From: Minisyncoccia bacterium
GTDB taxonomy: Bacteria; Patescibacteriota; Minisyncoccia; UBA6257; GWB1-50-10
Direction: 5' to 3'
DNA: 38,868 nucleotides
Assembly (NCBI GenBank): GCA_049997835.1
Contig: JBEKSI010000002.1
Span: 1-38,868 of the forward strand
Below the pieces are notes generated by a model. It had not been told where the DNA came from, ran no database searches, and was given only the letters and a program-made list of their open reading frames with translations. The number at the start of each line of letters is the position of its first letter. Position 1 is the stretch's first letter. Of the stretch, positions 1 to 8,094 are shown piece by piece. A program made the translations under genes and the position numbers.

Positions 1-1
1 G

Positions 2-1372
2 ACGAGCATTTACTTCACCATCTACGGGCGAAACCAGGAAGAACTTTCCCGCATGGAAAATGAGCTTGTGAATCTACTGGAAAGCAAATTGGTTTACGTG
101 AAACCGGCGCTTTTCAAACAAAAAGAGGGTTTAACTTCCGTTTTCCCGCTTGGCAAGGATGAATTGGAAATCAGAACGCCGCTCAATACCGGTCCGGCTT
201 CGTCCATTTTTCCTTTTGTCTCGCCAGACCTGACTTCGGAAAACGGGATTATGTACGGAGTGAACATGCACAATAATAGTTTAGTGATTTTCGACCGGTT
301 CTCCCTGGAAAACGCGAATATGGTCGTTTTTGCCAAGGCGGGCTCCGGAAAATCCTATGCCACCAAGCTCCAAATCCTGCGTTCCCTAATGGTGGGCACG
401 GATATCATAGTTATTGACCCGGAAAACGAGTACCAAAATCTCGCGAACGCGATAGGCGGCAGTTATTTCAAAATATCTCTCACCTCCCAGAGTCACATCA
501 ATCCTTTTGATATACCGATTATCCCAGAAGGCGAGGAGCCAGCTGACGTTTTCAAATCCCACATTTTAAATCTGACCGGGCTCATAAAGCTAATGCTCGG
601 TGAAATCAAACCGGAGGAAGAATCTCTTCTGGATAGAGCCATTACTGAGACCTACGCCTCACGCGACATCACGGCCGAAAATTTCGGTTCCATAAAAGAA
701 TTGGCCCCGCCGCTTCTGGAGGATCTCCAGATCATCCTTCAGAACACCGAGGGTGGCCGGACGCTCGCCCAACGGCTGGATAAATTCACCCACGGTTCCT
801 ACGCCGGCTTCACGAACGCGCCCACGAACGTTGATATTAAGAACCGCCTGATTGTTTTTTCCATCCGCGATCTGGAGGAAGAACTTCGGCCCATCGCGAT
901 GTATATCGTCTTGAACTTTATTTGGAATCTCATACGATCGGAATTAAAACAAAGAATGATGGTGATAGATGAAGCCTGGTGGATGATGAAATACAAAGAC
1001 AGCGCCTCCTTCCTGTTTGGTTTGGTCAAGCGCTGCCGCAAATACTATCTGGGTGTCACAACCATCACCCAAGACGTGGACGATTTCTTAAAATCCGAGT
1101 ATGGTCGGCCGATTATCTCGAACTCCTCCATTCAACTGCTTTTGAAACAATCCCCCACGAGCATTGGGGCAGTCGCGGCCGCTTTTGATCTGACGGAGGG
1201 CGAGAAAACATTTCTACTTGAGGCCGGGGTGGGTGAGGGACTTTTCTTCGCCGGACTGAAACATATCGCAATGCGGGTTATCGCTTCCTACACCGAGGAC
1301 CAAATTATCACCACAAACCCCGAACAAATGCTTGAGATAAAGGGGCTCAAAGAAAATGAACAGCGAATATAA
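2..1372 (+). CDS. VirB4/TrbE-like type IV secretion ATPase, C-terminal part (5' end runs off the window)
   Basis: The frame is open from nt 2, with no stop before the first Met at 53, so the gene is truncated by the window edge. Walker A 'AKAGSGKSYATK'. Walker B 'MMVIDEAWWMM', the hhhhDEAW signature typical of VirB4/TraC/TrbE. 'TTITQD' lies downstream. Confidence 0.75.
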   Translation, partial: TSIYFTIYGRNQEELSRMENELVNLLESKLVYVKPALFKQKEGLTSVFPLGKDELEIRTPLNTGPASSIFPFVSPDLTSENGIMYGVNMHNNSLVIFDRFSLENANMVVFAKAGSGKSYATKLQILRSLMVGTDIIVIDPENEYQNLANAIGGSYFKISLTSQSHINPFDIPIIPEGEEPADVFKSHILNLTGLIKLMLGEIKPEEESLLDRAITETYASRDITAENFGSIKELAPPLLEDLQIILQNTEGGRTLAQRLDKFTHGSYAGFTNAPTNVDIKNRLIVFSIRDLEEELRPIAMYIVLNFIWNLIRSELKQRMMVIDEAWWMMKYKDSASFLFGLVKRCRKYYLGVTTITQDVDDFLKSEYGRPIISNSSIQLLLKQSPTSIGAVAAAFDLTEGEKTFLLEAGVGEGLFFAGLKHIAMRVIASYTEDQIITTNPEQMLEIKGLKENEQRI

Positions 1373-1691
1373 AAAAATAAACGAGGCGGAGGTTATTTTA
1401 GGCGTGTGTATGGCTTTTTTGGTCTATATCTTATGTTTTATTTTTGATCTTTTTGCCATTGGAGTAGTCGTTTCTCCGGTCATCCAGAGTTTTTTCACCT
1501 TCGGGATGTGGTTTTTCTTCAAAAATCACGGGGATCCGGATGCAAATAAACTCAATGGCAATATCGCCCAGTATTTCGGCAATTTAATACCCTTCATCCC
1601 CGCAATAGTCCTTTCTTTCGCTATTAAGGTTTTTATCCATAATCACCAGCAACTCGGGGGTATGGCGGCAGGCATAGCGCAAAAGTTATAA
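1356..1691 (+). CDS. Small polytopic membrane protein (about 3 hydrophobic helices), unknown family
   Basis: 111-aa ORF overlapping the ATPase stop by 17 nt. Hydrophobic segments 'VILGVCMAFLVYILCFIFDLFAIGVVV', 'FFTFGMWFFF' and 'LIPFIPAIVLSFAIKVF'. Its position resembles VirB3/TrbD-type small partners, but I see no recognisable motif. Confidence 0.5.
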   Translation: MNSEYKKINEAEVILGVCMAFLVYILCFIFDLFAIGVVVSPVIQSFFTFGMWFFFKNHGDPDANKLNGNIAQYFGNLIPFIPAIVLSFAIKVFIHNHQQLGGMAAGIAQKL

Positions 1692-1700
1692 TTCATACAA

Positions 1701-2381
1701 ATGAGATCCCAAACCCAAAAAATCTTTTTAACCGCAGGTTTATTTTTCGCGGCTACTTTCTCAGTGATGGGCCAAACGCAAAATACCCAGGTGATAATCA
1801 CTTGGCGCGCGAACAGTTACTTCCCGGCCGATTACGCCGGCAAGGCCTCTGCCGCGCCCGGGGCAGCGCTCACAGCCTCAGCTGAACTGATTTCGGCCGG
1901 CAAATTACAGGATATCGTGAACGCCAACATAAACTGGTCTTTGAATGGAAATTTGATAGATGGCGGCACCGGATTAAAAACGGTTTCTTTCACTGCCGCC
2001 GCCCAAAACCAGGGTTATGAGATCTTAAATGTATCCATAAACACCTCAAAAGGCGTTCTGGAGAATTCAACAAGGATTCCAGTCAGCAAGCCCGAGGTCG
2101 TTTTAAGTTTTCCTTACCCCCAAAAATCTGCGAAGGCCGGCGGCCAGATCACCGTCTCAGCCATTCCTTTCTTTTTCAACGTTCTTTCGTTCGACGATCT
2201 GAAATTTGACTGGCGGATAAATAACGAAAAGGTCACGGTGGATGGGAATAAAATCACCGCGAACATAGGCACACCACAGTCGGATTTTCAGAACTCAGTT
2301 CAGATCCTCGCAACTGTCCAGAACTCCAAAAACCTTCTTGAGTTCGCAAGAGGGACGCTTATCTTGCCTATAACTCAATGA
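1701..2381 (+). CDS. Secreted protein of unknown function (N-terminal signal peptide)
   Basis: 226 aa. Signal-like N-terminus 'KIFLTAGLFFAATFSVMGQ'. Beta-rich composition. Its TGA stop overlaps the next ATG (ATGA). Confidence 0.55.
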   Translation: MRSQTQKIFLTAGLFFAATFSVMGQTQNTQVIITWRANSYFPADYAGKASAAPGAALTASAELISAGKLQDIVNANINWSLNGNLIDGGTGLKTVSFTAAAQNQGYEILNVSINTSKGVLENSTRIPVSKPEVVLSFPYPQKSAKAGGQITVSAIPFFFNVLSFDDLKFDWRINNEKVTVDGNKITANIGTPQSDFQNSVQILATVQNSKNLLEFARGTLILPITQ

Positions 2382-3601
2382 GGAGAATTTTTTCATTAAA
2401 ATATCTTCTTATTTTTATGATCTTCTTGGGATTGGTTGTTTTCTTTTCGGGGGGCCGACCCGTCTCTGCCGAAGATATTGTAAACGTGGACTTTCCGTGT
2501 CCTTCCGGAAACTGCCAGCAACCAACGGATATTCCTTCTTATTTGAACACCGTATATAAATTCGCCGTGGGCATTTCCGGCCTTCTCGCGCTGGGGATGA
2601 TAGTTGCGGGTGGGGTTTATTACACCGTTTCGGCGGGGAACAGCGGGCGGCAGGGCGAGGCAAAAAGCATGATAACTTCGGCCATCTGGGGCTTGGTTCT
2701 TCTTTTTGCGTCTTACTTGATACTCAACACCGTGAATCCGCAGATAACCAAACTGGGGTTAGACCTAAGTGGCGCTACGCCAATCTCCTCAACATCAGCA
2801 ACTAGCTCTGTAATTAATTCTACTATTTGTCCGGATTTCTCCACGATGCCAACCTTCCCGAATAATTATCAAAAACTCACAACGCCGGATTCCAATTGCG
2901 GTTATAGAAAAATAGTAACACCCTCCCAACTTTCCGTCGGAACGCCAAGCCAATATTATGAGGAAACGGTTACAATCCCACCCAACTCAACAATTTGGCA
3001 ATACCCTTATTTCATAGAATCCGACGGGTCCTCAACTGCAAAATGCTTGATCTTTGCCTACAAAGAATCTGATTCAAGCTCAACTACTTTTATAACGCTT
3101 AGAGATTCCATCAGTAAGTGTACCATGCAAACACAATCAATCGGCGCTAGCGCAAATCCAACTTTGGCTCCAACTTGCAATCCCAGCGACCCGCTCCCCG
3201 CAAACACTCTTACCAATGAGGATGCTGTCCAGAATCTGAATGGCTTTGGCATAAGCGTTACCTCATCCGGTAACTGTAGTGACCGATGCTCCTCAAATTG
3301 TACCAGTCTCTGGGGGATACCGACTAGAGTTATAAATACTCATCTAAAATACATATCTGATCATTGTGGGAGTAATTGCACTGTCATCGTTACTGGCGGC
3401 ACGGAGGTCGGGCACCAAAGCCATGGGCCAGGTAAACCTGTCGTGGACCTATTCTTTAATCCGGCTCTTGCTGAATATTTGAAAAATTCATATAAATCAA
3501 ATATTGACGCTCTTTGCACCACCCCCCAAGACCAACAATATCGGATTAATTGTAATTACGATGAAACAGTGAGACATCTTCATGTCCAATTCGGATTATA
3601 A
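2378..3601 (+). CDS. T4SS pilin-like (TrbC/VirB2-like) N-terminal module fused to a Cys-rich C-terminal domain with a Zn-peptidase (LAS/M15-like) motif pair
   Basis: Signal/TM, then two hydrophobic helices separated by a short polar loop: 'FAVGISGLLALGMIVAGGVYYTVSAGNSGRQGEAKSMITSAIWGLVLLFASYLILNTVNP'. This is the layout of CPR 'T4SS pilin' family proteins. The C-terminal ~280 aa contain about 16 Cys. 'VTGGTEVGHQSHGPGKPVVDL' gives H-x7-D and the terminal 'RHLHVQF' gives H-x-H. Confidence 0.6.
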   Translation: MRRIFSLKYLLIFMIFLGLVVFFSGGRPVSAEDIVNVDFPCPSGNCQQPTDIPSYLNTVYKFAVGISGLLALGMIVAGGVYYTVSAGNSGRQGEAKSMITSAIWGLVLLFASYLILNTVNPQITKLGLDLSGATPISSTSATSSVINSTICPDFSTMPTFPNNYQKLTTPDSNCGYRKIVTPSQLSVGTPSQYYEETVTIPPNSTIWQYPYFIESDGSSTAKCLIFAYKESDSSSTTFITLRDSISKCTMQTQSIGASANPTLAPTCNPSDPLPANTLTNEDAVQNLNGFGISVTSSGNCSDRCSSNCTSLWGIPTRVINTHLKYISDHCGSNCTVIVTGGTEVGHQSHGPGKPVVDLFFNPALAEYLKNSYKSNIDALCTTPQDQQYRINCNYDETVRHLHVQFGL

Positions 3602-3604
3602 ACC

Positions 3605-4759
3605 ATGAAACCGATCATAAAAATAAGTTTAATCACTCTGATAATAATCGTCATCGGGTTGATTATTTATTTCGTTTGGTCGGCTCTCGCGCCGGCGCCG
3701 GAAAACCCGGCTCCGGGTAGTGCGGGGAATCTTCCTACCGCCTCGAGCACAAGTAGTTCCACAAGCGAGCAAAACCAGACCAGCCAGCCGGAGCAGCAAA
3801 ACGGGAGTGCCGTTCCGACCTTGGAAAAAATTTCCGAAAATCCCGTCTTTGATTTTTGGGTAGACTCGCAAACCCAAGAAGTTTATTATCTGGATCCCGA
3901 CGGCCGGATTTTCTCCGCTAAAAAGGGGCAGGACATTCAGATCACCCAGCAAAAACTGAACGCCCCGAATTTCATAAAAGTTTCACCAAATGGCCAGCGC
4001 GTGCTTATGGCCTTCGGCGCCCCCCGCTCGCCCCAGTGGGGCATATTTGACGTTATTGACGGCGCCTGGCGCCCGCTGCCGGGAGACATACAAAACGCCG
4101 CCTGGGGGACGGATAGCGGTAATCTTATCGCTTTCGTGAAGAACGGCGGCAGCATAAATCTGTCAAATATCAATATCTCTCAAAACCAACCGAGTTATAA
4201 GATTATCGCGAAGGATATGCGTTTTGAAGACGTAAAAATGGACTTTATCCCTCCTGATAACATGATTATCCAGGAAAATCCTTCGGGGGATTACGCGGGG
4301 CGGGCCTGGAATCTGAATTTGAAAAATCTTTCAATTTATCAGCTTTTCTCCCCACAAGGCGGGCTCACCATGAAACTTTCTACGGATAAGAACATCTTGT
4401 TTGTTTTTTCGGCGGACGGCGGCTTCAGAATTTTAAACTCCGCCAATCTGAATTTGACCACGCCTCTGCCTTTTTCCACCCTGCCATCTAAATGTTCTCC
4501 CGACTCATTTCTTATTTATTGTTTTATGCCGACAGACGACGGGTTTAAAAATTCCGTGCTGCCGGACGATTACATTAAACAGGGAATATACACTTCCGAT
4601 ATCCTATATAGGATAAACCCGGGGACAGACGAGGTTCTTTTAATCCCCCTGCCGAAAAACGCCGGGACTATTGACGCCCAAAATCCCGTCGCTTCAAACG
4701 GCGCGCTCTATTTCATAAACAGGTACGATAAATCTCTCTACTCGCTTAGCTTGGAATGA
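3605..4759 (+). CDS. N-terminally anchored extracytoplasmic protein with TolB/PD40-like beta-propeller repeats
   Basis: TM 'ISLITLIIIVIGLIIYFVWSAL', then an S/T/Q-rich linker. Repeat-like strings 'DPDGRIFSA', 'VSPNGQRVLMAF' and 'DSGNLIAFVKNG' resemble PD40 blades. Confidence 0.5.
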   Translation: MKPIIKISLITLIIIVIGLIIYFVWSALAPAPENPAPGSAGNLPTASSTSSSTSEQNQTSQPEQQNGSAVPTLEKISENPVFDFWVDSQTQEVYYLDPDGRIFSAKKGQDIQITQQKLNAPNFIKVSPNGQRVLMAFGAPRSPQWGIFDVIDGAWRPLPGDIQNAAWGTDSGNLIAFVKNGGSINLSNINISQNQPSYKIIAKDMRFEDVKMDFIPPDNMIIQENPSGDYAGRAWNLNLKNLSIYQLFSPQGGLTMKLSTDKNILFVFSADGGFRILNSANLNLTTPLPFSTLPSKCSPDSFLIYCFMPTDDGFKNSVLPDDYIKQGIYTSDILYRINPGTDEVLLIPLPKNAGTIDAQNPVASNGALYFINRYDKSLYSLSLE

Positions 4760-5174
4760 GTTGGATGACGATATGTCGGTCTTTCCCAAGACCGACACTT
4801 TCCGTTTTTAAATCCGGATGGGTAGATATTTCCACGTGGACCAGCCGGCGTTCGTAGGCATTCATCGCCGGGAGGGATACTTCACTTTTTGTGACCATTG
4901 CTTTCTTGGCCGCGGCCTTGGCAAGTTCTATGATCAATCTTTCCCGTTCACGGCGGTAATAATTTATATCAACAATATACAAGGGGAGATTTTCTTTGTG
5001 GGTTATTAAATTAATTAGGTGTTCTACCGCCGGCAAAACCACCGCCATATTAGAGCGGATAAGTTCGTTATCAATCATAATAAGCACTTTTTTGTGCTCA
5101 TCATCCACGGTTATCTCCGCTCCCTCAAAACCCATTAAACTGAATAGTTTTTGAACGCTTTCCTTTAAATTCAT
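4746..5174 (-). CDS. jag: Jag/SpoIIIJ-associated RNA-binding protein (KH + R3H domains)
   Basis: R3H-type C-terminus 'MNAYERRLVHVEISTHPDLKTESVGLGKDRHIVI'. Conserved position downstream of yidC. Confidence 0.8.
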   Translation of the reverse strand: MNLKESVQKLFSLMGFEGAEITVDDEHKKVLIMIDNELIRSNMAVVLPAVEHLINLITHKENLPLYIVDINYYRRERERLIIELAKAAAKKAMVTKSEVSLPAMNAYERRLVHVEISTHPDLKTESVGLGKDRHIVIQLIPS

Positions 5175-5260
5175 GACTGTGGAAGATTTTATACCGATTG
5201 CGATTTTTTTTCAACCCGGTACCGCGATATTTTAAAGAATGGTGGGCTTTTATTATCACG

Positions 5261-5288
5261 CACAAAACCAACTCAAATAGTTGAGTTG
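5261..5288 (-). terminator. Hairpin plus U-tract after yidC
   Basis: Minus-strand RNA reads CAACUCAA-CUAU-UUGAGUUG (8-bp stem) followed by GUUUUGUG. Confidence 0.4.
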
Positions 5289-5309
5289 CTGGCCCTGCTG
5301 TAACCAGAT

Positions 5310-5999
5310 TTAATTCACTGACTCGGTTGCTTCCGGTATGTTTATTTTTTTGTTTATAAAAAACTGCTGAATGATGGAAAAGAGATTGGAAACCGTCCAA
5401 TAGAGACCGATTGCCGACGGAAGATTGAAAAGTACGATAAGCGTGATAAGCGGCCCGATATACATCATCATTTTTTGGTTCGCGGCCATCGAATCCCGGG
5501 GCCCGTTATTAAGCTTCGGGGCGAGCGTCATTTTGGTCTGAAAATATTGGAGAAGCGCCGCGGCTATCGTCAACGTCAAACTCTTTTCATTTAATTGTAT
5601 CAACCCAAAAAAGCTTAGGGTTGGGAAAACCGCTACGGTGATTTCTTTGGAAAAAATTCTGAAAAGGGCGAAGAATATCGGGAGTTGAACCAGTAAAAAC
5701 AAAATACTGGAGAATGGATTAATGCGATGCTCTTTATAAAGCGCCATTAATTCTCTGGCCTGTTTTTCTTTGTCGTCTTTATGATCTAGTTGAATCTTCT
5801 TTATGTGCGGTTGAATTTTCTGGATTATTGTCTGGTCTTTGGCTCCTTTATAGAATACCGGGAGTAAGATAAGCCGGATTAAAACCGTCAGTATGACGAT
5901 GGATAAACCCAGATCATGGAAAGAGAGGTTTTGATAATAAATGAATTTTAAAACCTCGAAAATCGGATTATATATGTAAGAATCAAAAAGTGCTCCCAT
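5310..5999 (-). CDS. yidC: Membrane protein insertase YidC (short, monoderm type)
   Basis: 'GLSIVILTVLIRLILLPV' and 'MALYKEHRINPFSS' are typical YidC/Oxa1 core motifs. Synteny rpmH-rnpA-yidC-jag. Confidence 0.9.
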   Translation of the reverse strand: MGALFDSYIYNPIFEVLKFIYYQNLSFHDLGLSIVILTVLIRLILLPVFYKGAKDQTIIQKIQPHIKKIQLDHKDDKEKQARELMALYKEHRINPFSSILFLLVQLPIFFALFRIFSKEITVAVFPTLSFFGLIQLNEKSLTLTIAAALLQYFQTKMTLAPKLNNGPRDSMAANQKMMMYIGPLITLIVLFNLPSAIGLYWTVSNLFSIIQQFFINKKINIPEATESVN

Positions 6000-6310
6000 T
6001 ATTTTAAGGAAACTGATTTTTTAAGTATTTCTTCCTTTATTTCATCAAATGTTTTTCGCGAAACTGGCGGTTTTACTATAACCAGAAACTCTGTCTTTTT
6101 TTCTTCCGAGATTTTCCTGAGAACGGCGCGCACCCTTCTTTTAAGAAGGTTACGCTCTGTGGCTCTTTTTAGCGAGTTTTTCCCGATTGAAACCAAAACG
6201 GAACTTTTGCCGCGTTCCAAGGGCCTGGTTTTTATTATAAAACTCACTAAATTAGACCGAGAGTTTCTTTCTGCCCTTTTGGCGGCGGCGACGCAAAGCG
6301 CTCCGGCCAC
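5999..6310 (-). CDS. rnpA: RNase P protein component
   Basis: '[18 protein letters not shown]' RnpA motif and synteny. The first ~21 codons of the track ORF overlap rpmH. An in-frame GTG at 6247, 5 nt after the rpmH stop, is a more plausible start. Confidence 0.8.
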   Translation of the reverse strand: MAGALCVAAAKRAERNSRSNLVSFIIKTRPLERGKSSVLVSIGKNSLKRATERNLLKRRVRAVLRKISEEKKTEFLVIVKPPVSRKTFDEIKEEILKKSVSLK

Positions 6311-6392
6311 CCGGCGATCGGCTGCGTTTTAAGAAACCGTGAGTCCTGCTGCGTTTTCTTTTCTTCGGCTGATAGGTTCTTTTCGTACTCAT
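6252..6392 (-). CDS. rpmH: 50S ribosomal protein L34
   Basis: '[23 protein letters not shown]' is the L34 signature. The true ATG is at 6392, and the track ORF start at 6479 is an upstream extension. Confidence 0.95.
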   Translation of the reverse strand: MSTKRTYQPKKRKRSRTHGFLKRSRSPGGRSALRRRRQKGRKKLSV

Positions 6393-6398
6393 AAGAAA

Positions 6399-6428
6399 AT
6401 TATAGTGCGGGAGGGGAAAAACCGTCAA
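6399..6428 (-). promoter_or_regulatory. Sigma70-like promoter of rpmH, placed for a leaderless transcript
   Basis: Minus strand reads TTGACG-18 nt-TATAAT-tttctt-ATG. Only 6 nt separate the -10 from the start codon. Confidence 0.45.
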
Positions 6429-6542
6429 CAGGTAATACACAACTAATCCACTTTCCCGTCTTTGTAGCGATATTGGCATTTTTTTAAAATGTCCCTATTA
6501 TTAAGCGGGGATAAGATAATCGCGCCGCAGATAAATAAAAAA

Positions 6543-7907
6543 ATGGATACTAATCAACTTTGGCAGGCAGTACTCGGGGATGTTGAACTCCAAATTTCCC
6601 GTCCAAATTTTTTAACGTGGCTCAAGAACAGCCAATTATTGGATAAGAACGAAAAAGAAGGTTTGGTTTTGGTCGGCTTGCCGAACAACTTCGCCAAAGA
6701 GTGGGTGAAGAGTCGCTATCATAAAATTATTTTAAGCTCTTTAAGGAACTTGGACGGCTCAATTAAAAACATTGATTACACCGTTTCAAACCAAAACTCC
6801 GTTATTGCTCCCCTTAAAAAACATAAAACCGTTCAGGAAATAAAATTGCAATCTTCCCTCATAGAACTCCGGATAGATCCTAAAACAAATCTGAATCCGA
6901 AATATCTTTTCAATTCTTTTATTGTCGGCTCATCCAACGAACTTGCTTACGCCGCCGCCCAAGCGGTTGTAAAAGACGTCGGGAATAAATACAATCCGTT
7001 TTTTGTCTATGGCGGCGTTGGTCTGGGGAAAACCCACCTTATCCAGGCATTGGGGAACGAGATAACGAATGTTTATAAAAACTCCGTGAATGTTCTTTAT
7101 GTTTCCTCGGAAAAATTCATTAATGACGTGGTCTGGGCCGTGAGAAATAAAAGAATGGAGGATGTGAAAAAAAAATACAGAGATATCGATGTTTTGATAG
7201 TGGACGATATCCAATTCATCGGCGGTAAACCGACCACCGAACAAGAATTCTTCTACACGTTCAATACTCTTTATGAAAACAACAAACAGGTCATAATTTC
7301 ATCCGATCGGCCGCCTTCCGCCATACCTACTCTTGAAGAAAGGTTACGTTCTAGATTTGAGGGGGGAATGATAGTGGATATTTCTTACCCTGATTATGAG
7401 ATGCGCCTGGCGATACTTAAGATGAAGGCTCAAAAAAGCGGGGTTTTTGTGGAGGAATCGATCTTGGAACAAATCGCCGCCCAGGTACAAAAAAACATCC
7501 GGGAGTTGGAGGGGGTATTGAATAAGGTTGTTTTTTACGAACAGTACAAGAATGAGAAAATCACCAATAAAAAACTTGAGGAGATAATCAACGAAGCGGT
7601 TCGGGTGCTCCCGAGAAATATCACCGCGAATGATATTGTGAGAGTGGTGGCTGATTTTTTTGAAGTGCCGGCGCAAGACATCACCAACCGGGGAAGAAAA
7701 CAGGGTGTGGTGGAACCCCGACAGATCGTTATGTATTTAATGCGGGATGTTTTGAAGCTTTCCTATCCTCATATCGGGGAAAAAGTCGGTAAAAGGGATC
7801 ACACCACCGCAATCCACGCCTGCGAGAAGATAAAAAAAGAGATTAATCAAAACCCGGGGTTGAATCAGAAAATAATATTAATAAAAGAGAAATTGTATAG
7901 GGTGTAG
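6543..7907 (+). CDS. dnaA: Chromosomal replication initiator DnaA
   Basis: 'MDTNQLWQAVL' N-terminus, Walker A 'GGVGLGKTHL', Walker B 'LIVDDIQF', and the C-terminal DNA-binding signature 'KRDHTTAIHA'. The track start at 6489 is probably an extension. Confidence 0.95.
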   Translation: MDTNQLWQAVLGDVELQISRPNFLTWLKNSQLLDKNEKEGLVLVGLPNNFAKEWVKSRYHKIILSSLRNLDGSIKNIDYTVSNQNSVIAPLKKHKTVQEIKLQSSLIELRIDPKTNLNPKYLFNSFIVGSSNELAYAAAQAVVKDVGNKYNPFFVYGGVGLGKTHLIQALGNEITNVYKNSVNVLYVSSEKFINDVVWAVRNKRMEDVKKKYRDIDVLIVDDIQFIGGKPTTEQEFFYTFNTLYENNKQVIISSDRPPSAIPTLEERLRSRFEGGMIVDISYPDYEMRLAILKMKAQKSGVFVEESILEQIAAQVQKNIRELEGVLNKVVFYEQYKNEKITNKKLEEIINEAVRVLPRNITANDIVRVVADFFEVPAQDITNRGRKQGVVEPRQIVMYLMRDVLKLSYPHIGEKVGKRDHTTAIHACEKIKKEINQNPGLNQKIILIKEKLYRV

Positions 7908-8094
7908 AATACTTGTGGATATTATGTTGATTTTTTGGATGAATTTTTGGGATATTTTTTAAAACTCATAATTTAGCCGGTAAAAGATTTAAATTATCAA
8001 CAACTCTTCCCACCCCACAAAACATAAAATACCTTTTAATTAAAACAAAAAACGTGATTTAATAGACTTATACACACCTCCTACCACTACTACT
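7908..8094. other. Candidate oriC: AT-rich dnaA-dnaN spacer with DnaA-box-like 9-mers
   Basis: TGTGGATAT at 7914-7922 (reverse complement ATATCCACA, 8/9 to TTATCCACA). TTATACACA at 8068-8076 (8/9). Weaker TTTGGATGA and TTGGGATAT copies lie in the tandem 'ttttTGGATGAattttTGGGATAtttttt'. Confidence 0.45.

Noticed and set aside
5188-5214. Promoter for jag (TTGAAA-15 nt-TATAAA)
   Set aside because: The spacer is only 15 nt and lies within a T/A homopolymer context. It is too weak to call, and jag may simply be read through from yidC despite the hairpin.
6393-6542. N-terminal extensions of rpmH (to 6479) and dnaA (from 6489) in the ORF track
   Set aside because: The canonical L34 N-terminus 'MSTKRTYQP' starts at 6392 with a promoter immediately upstream. 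DnaA most plausibly starts at 'MDTNQLW' (6543). The extensions would overlap each other's promoter region.
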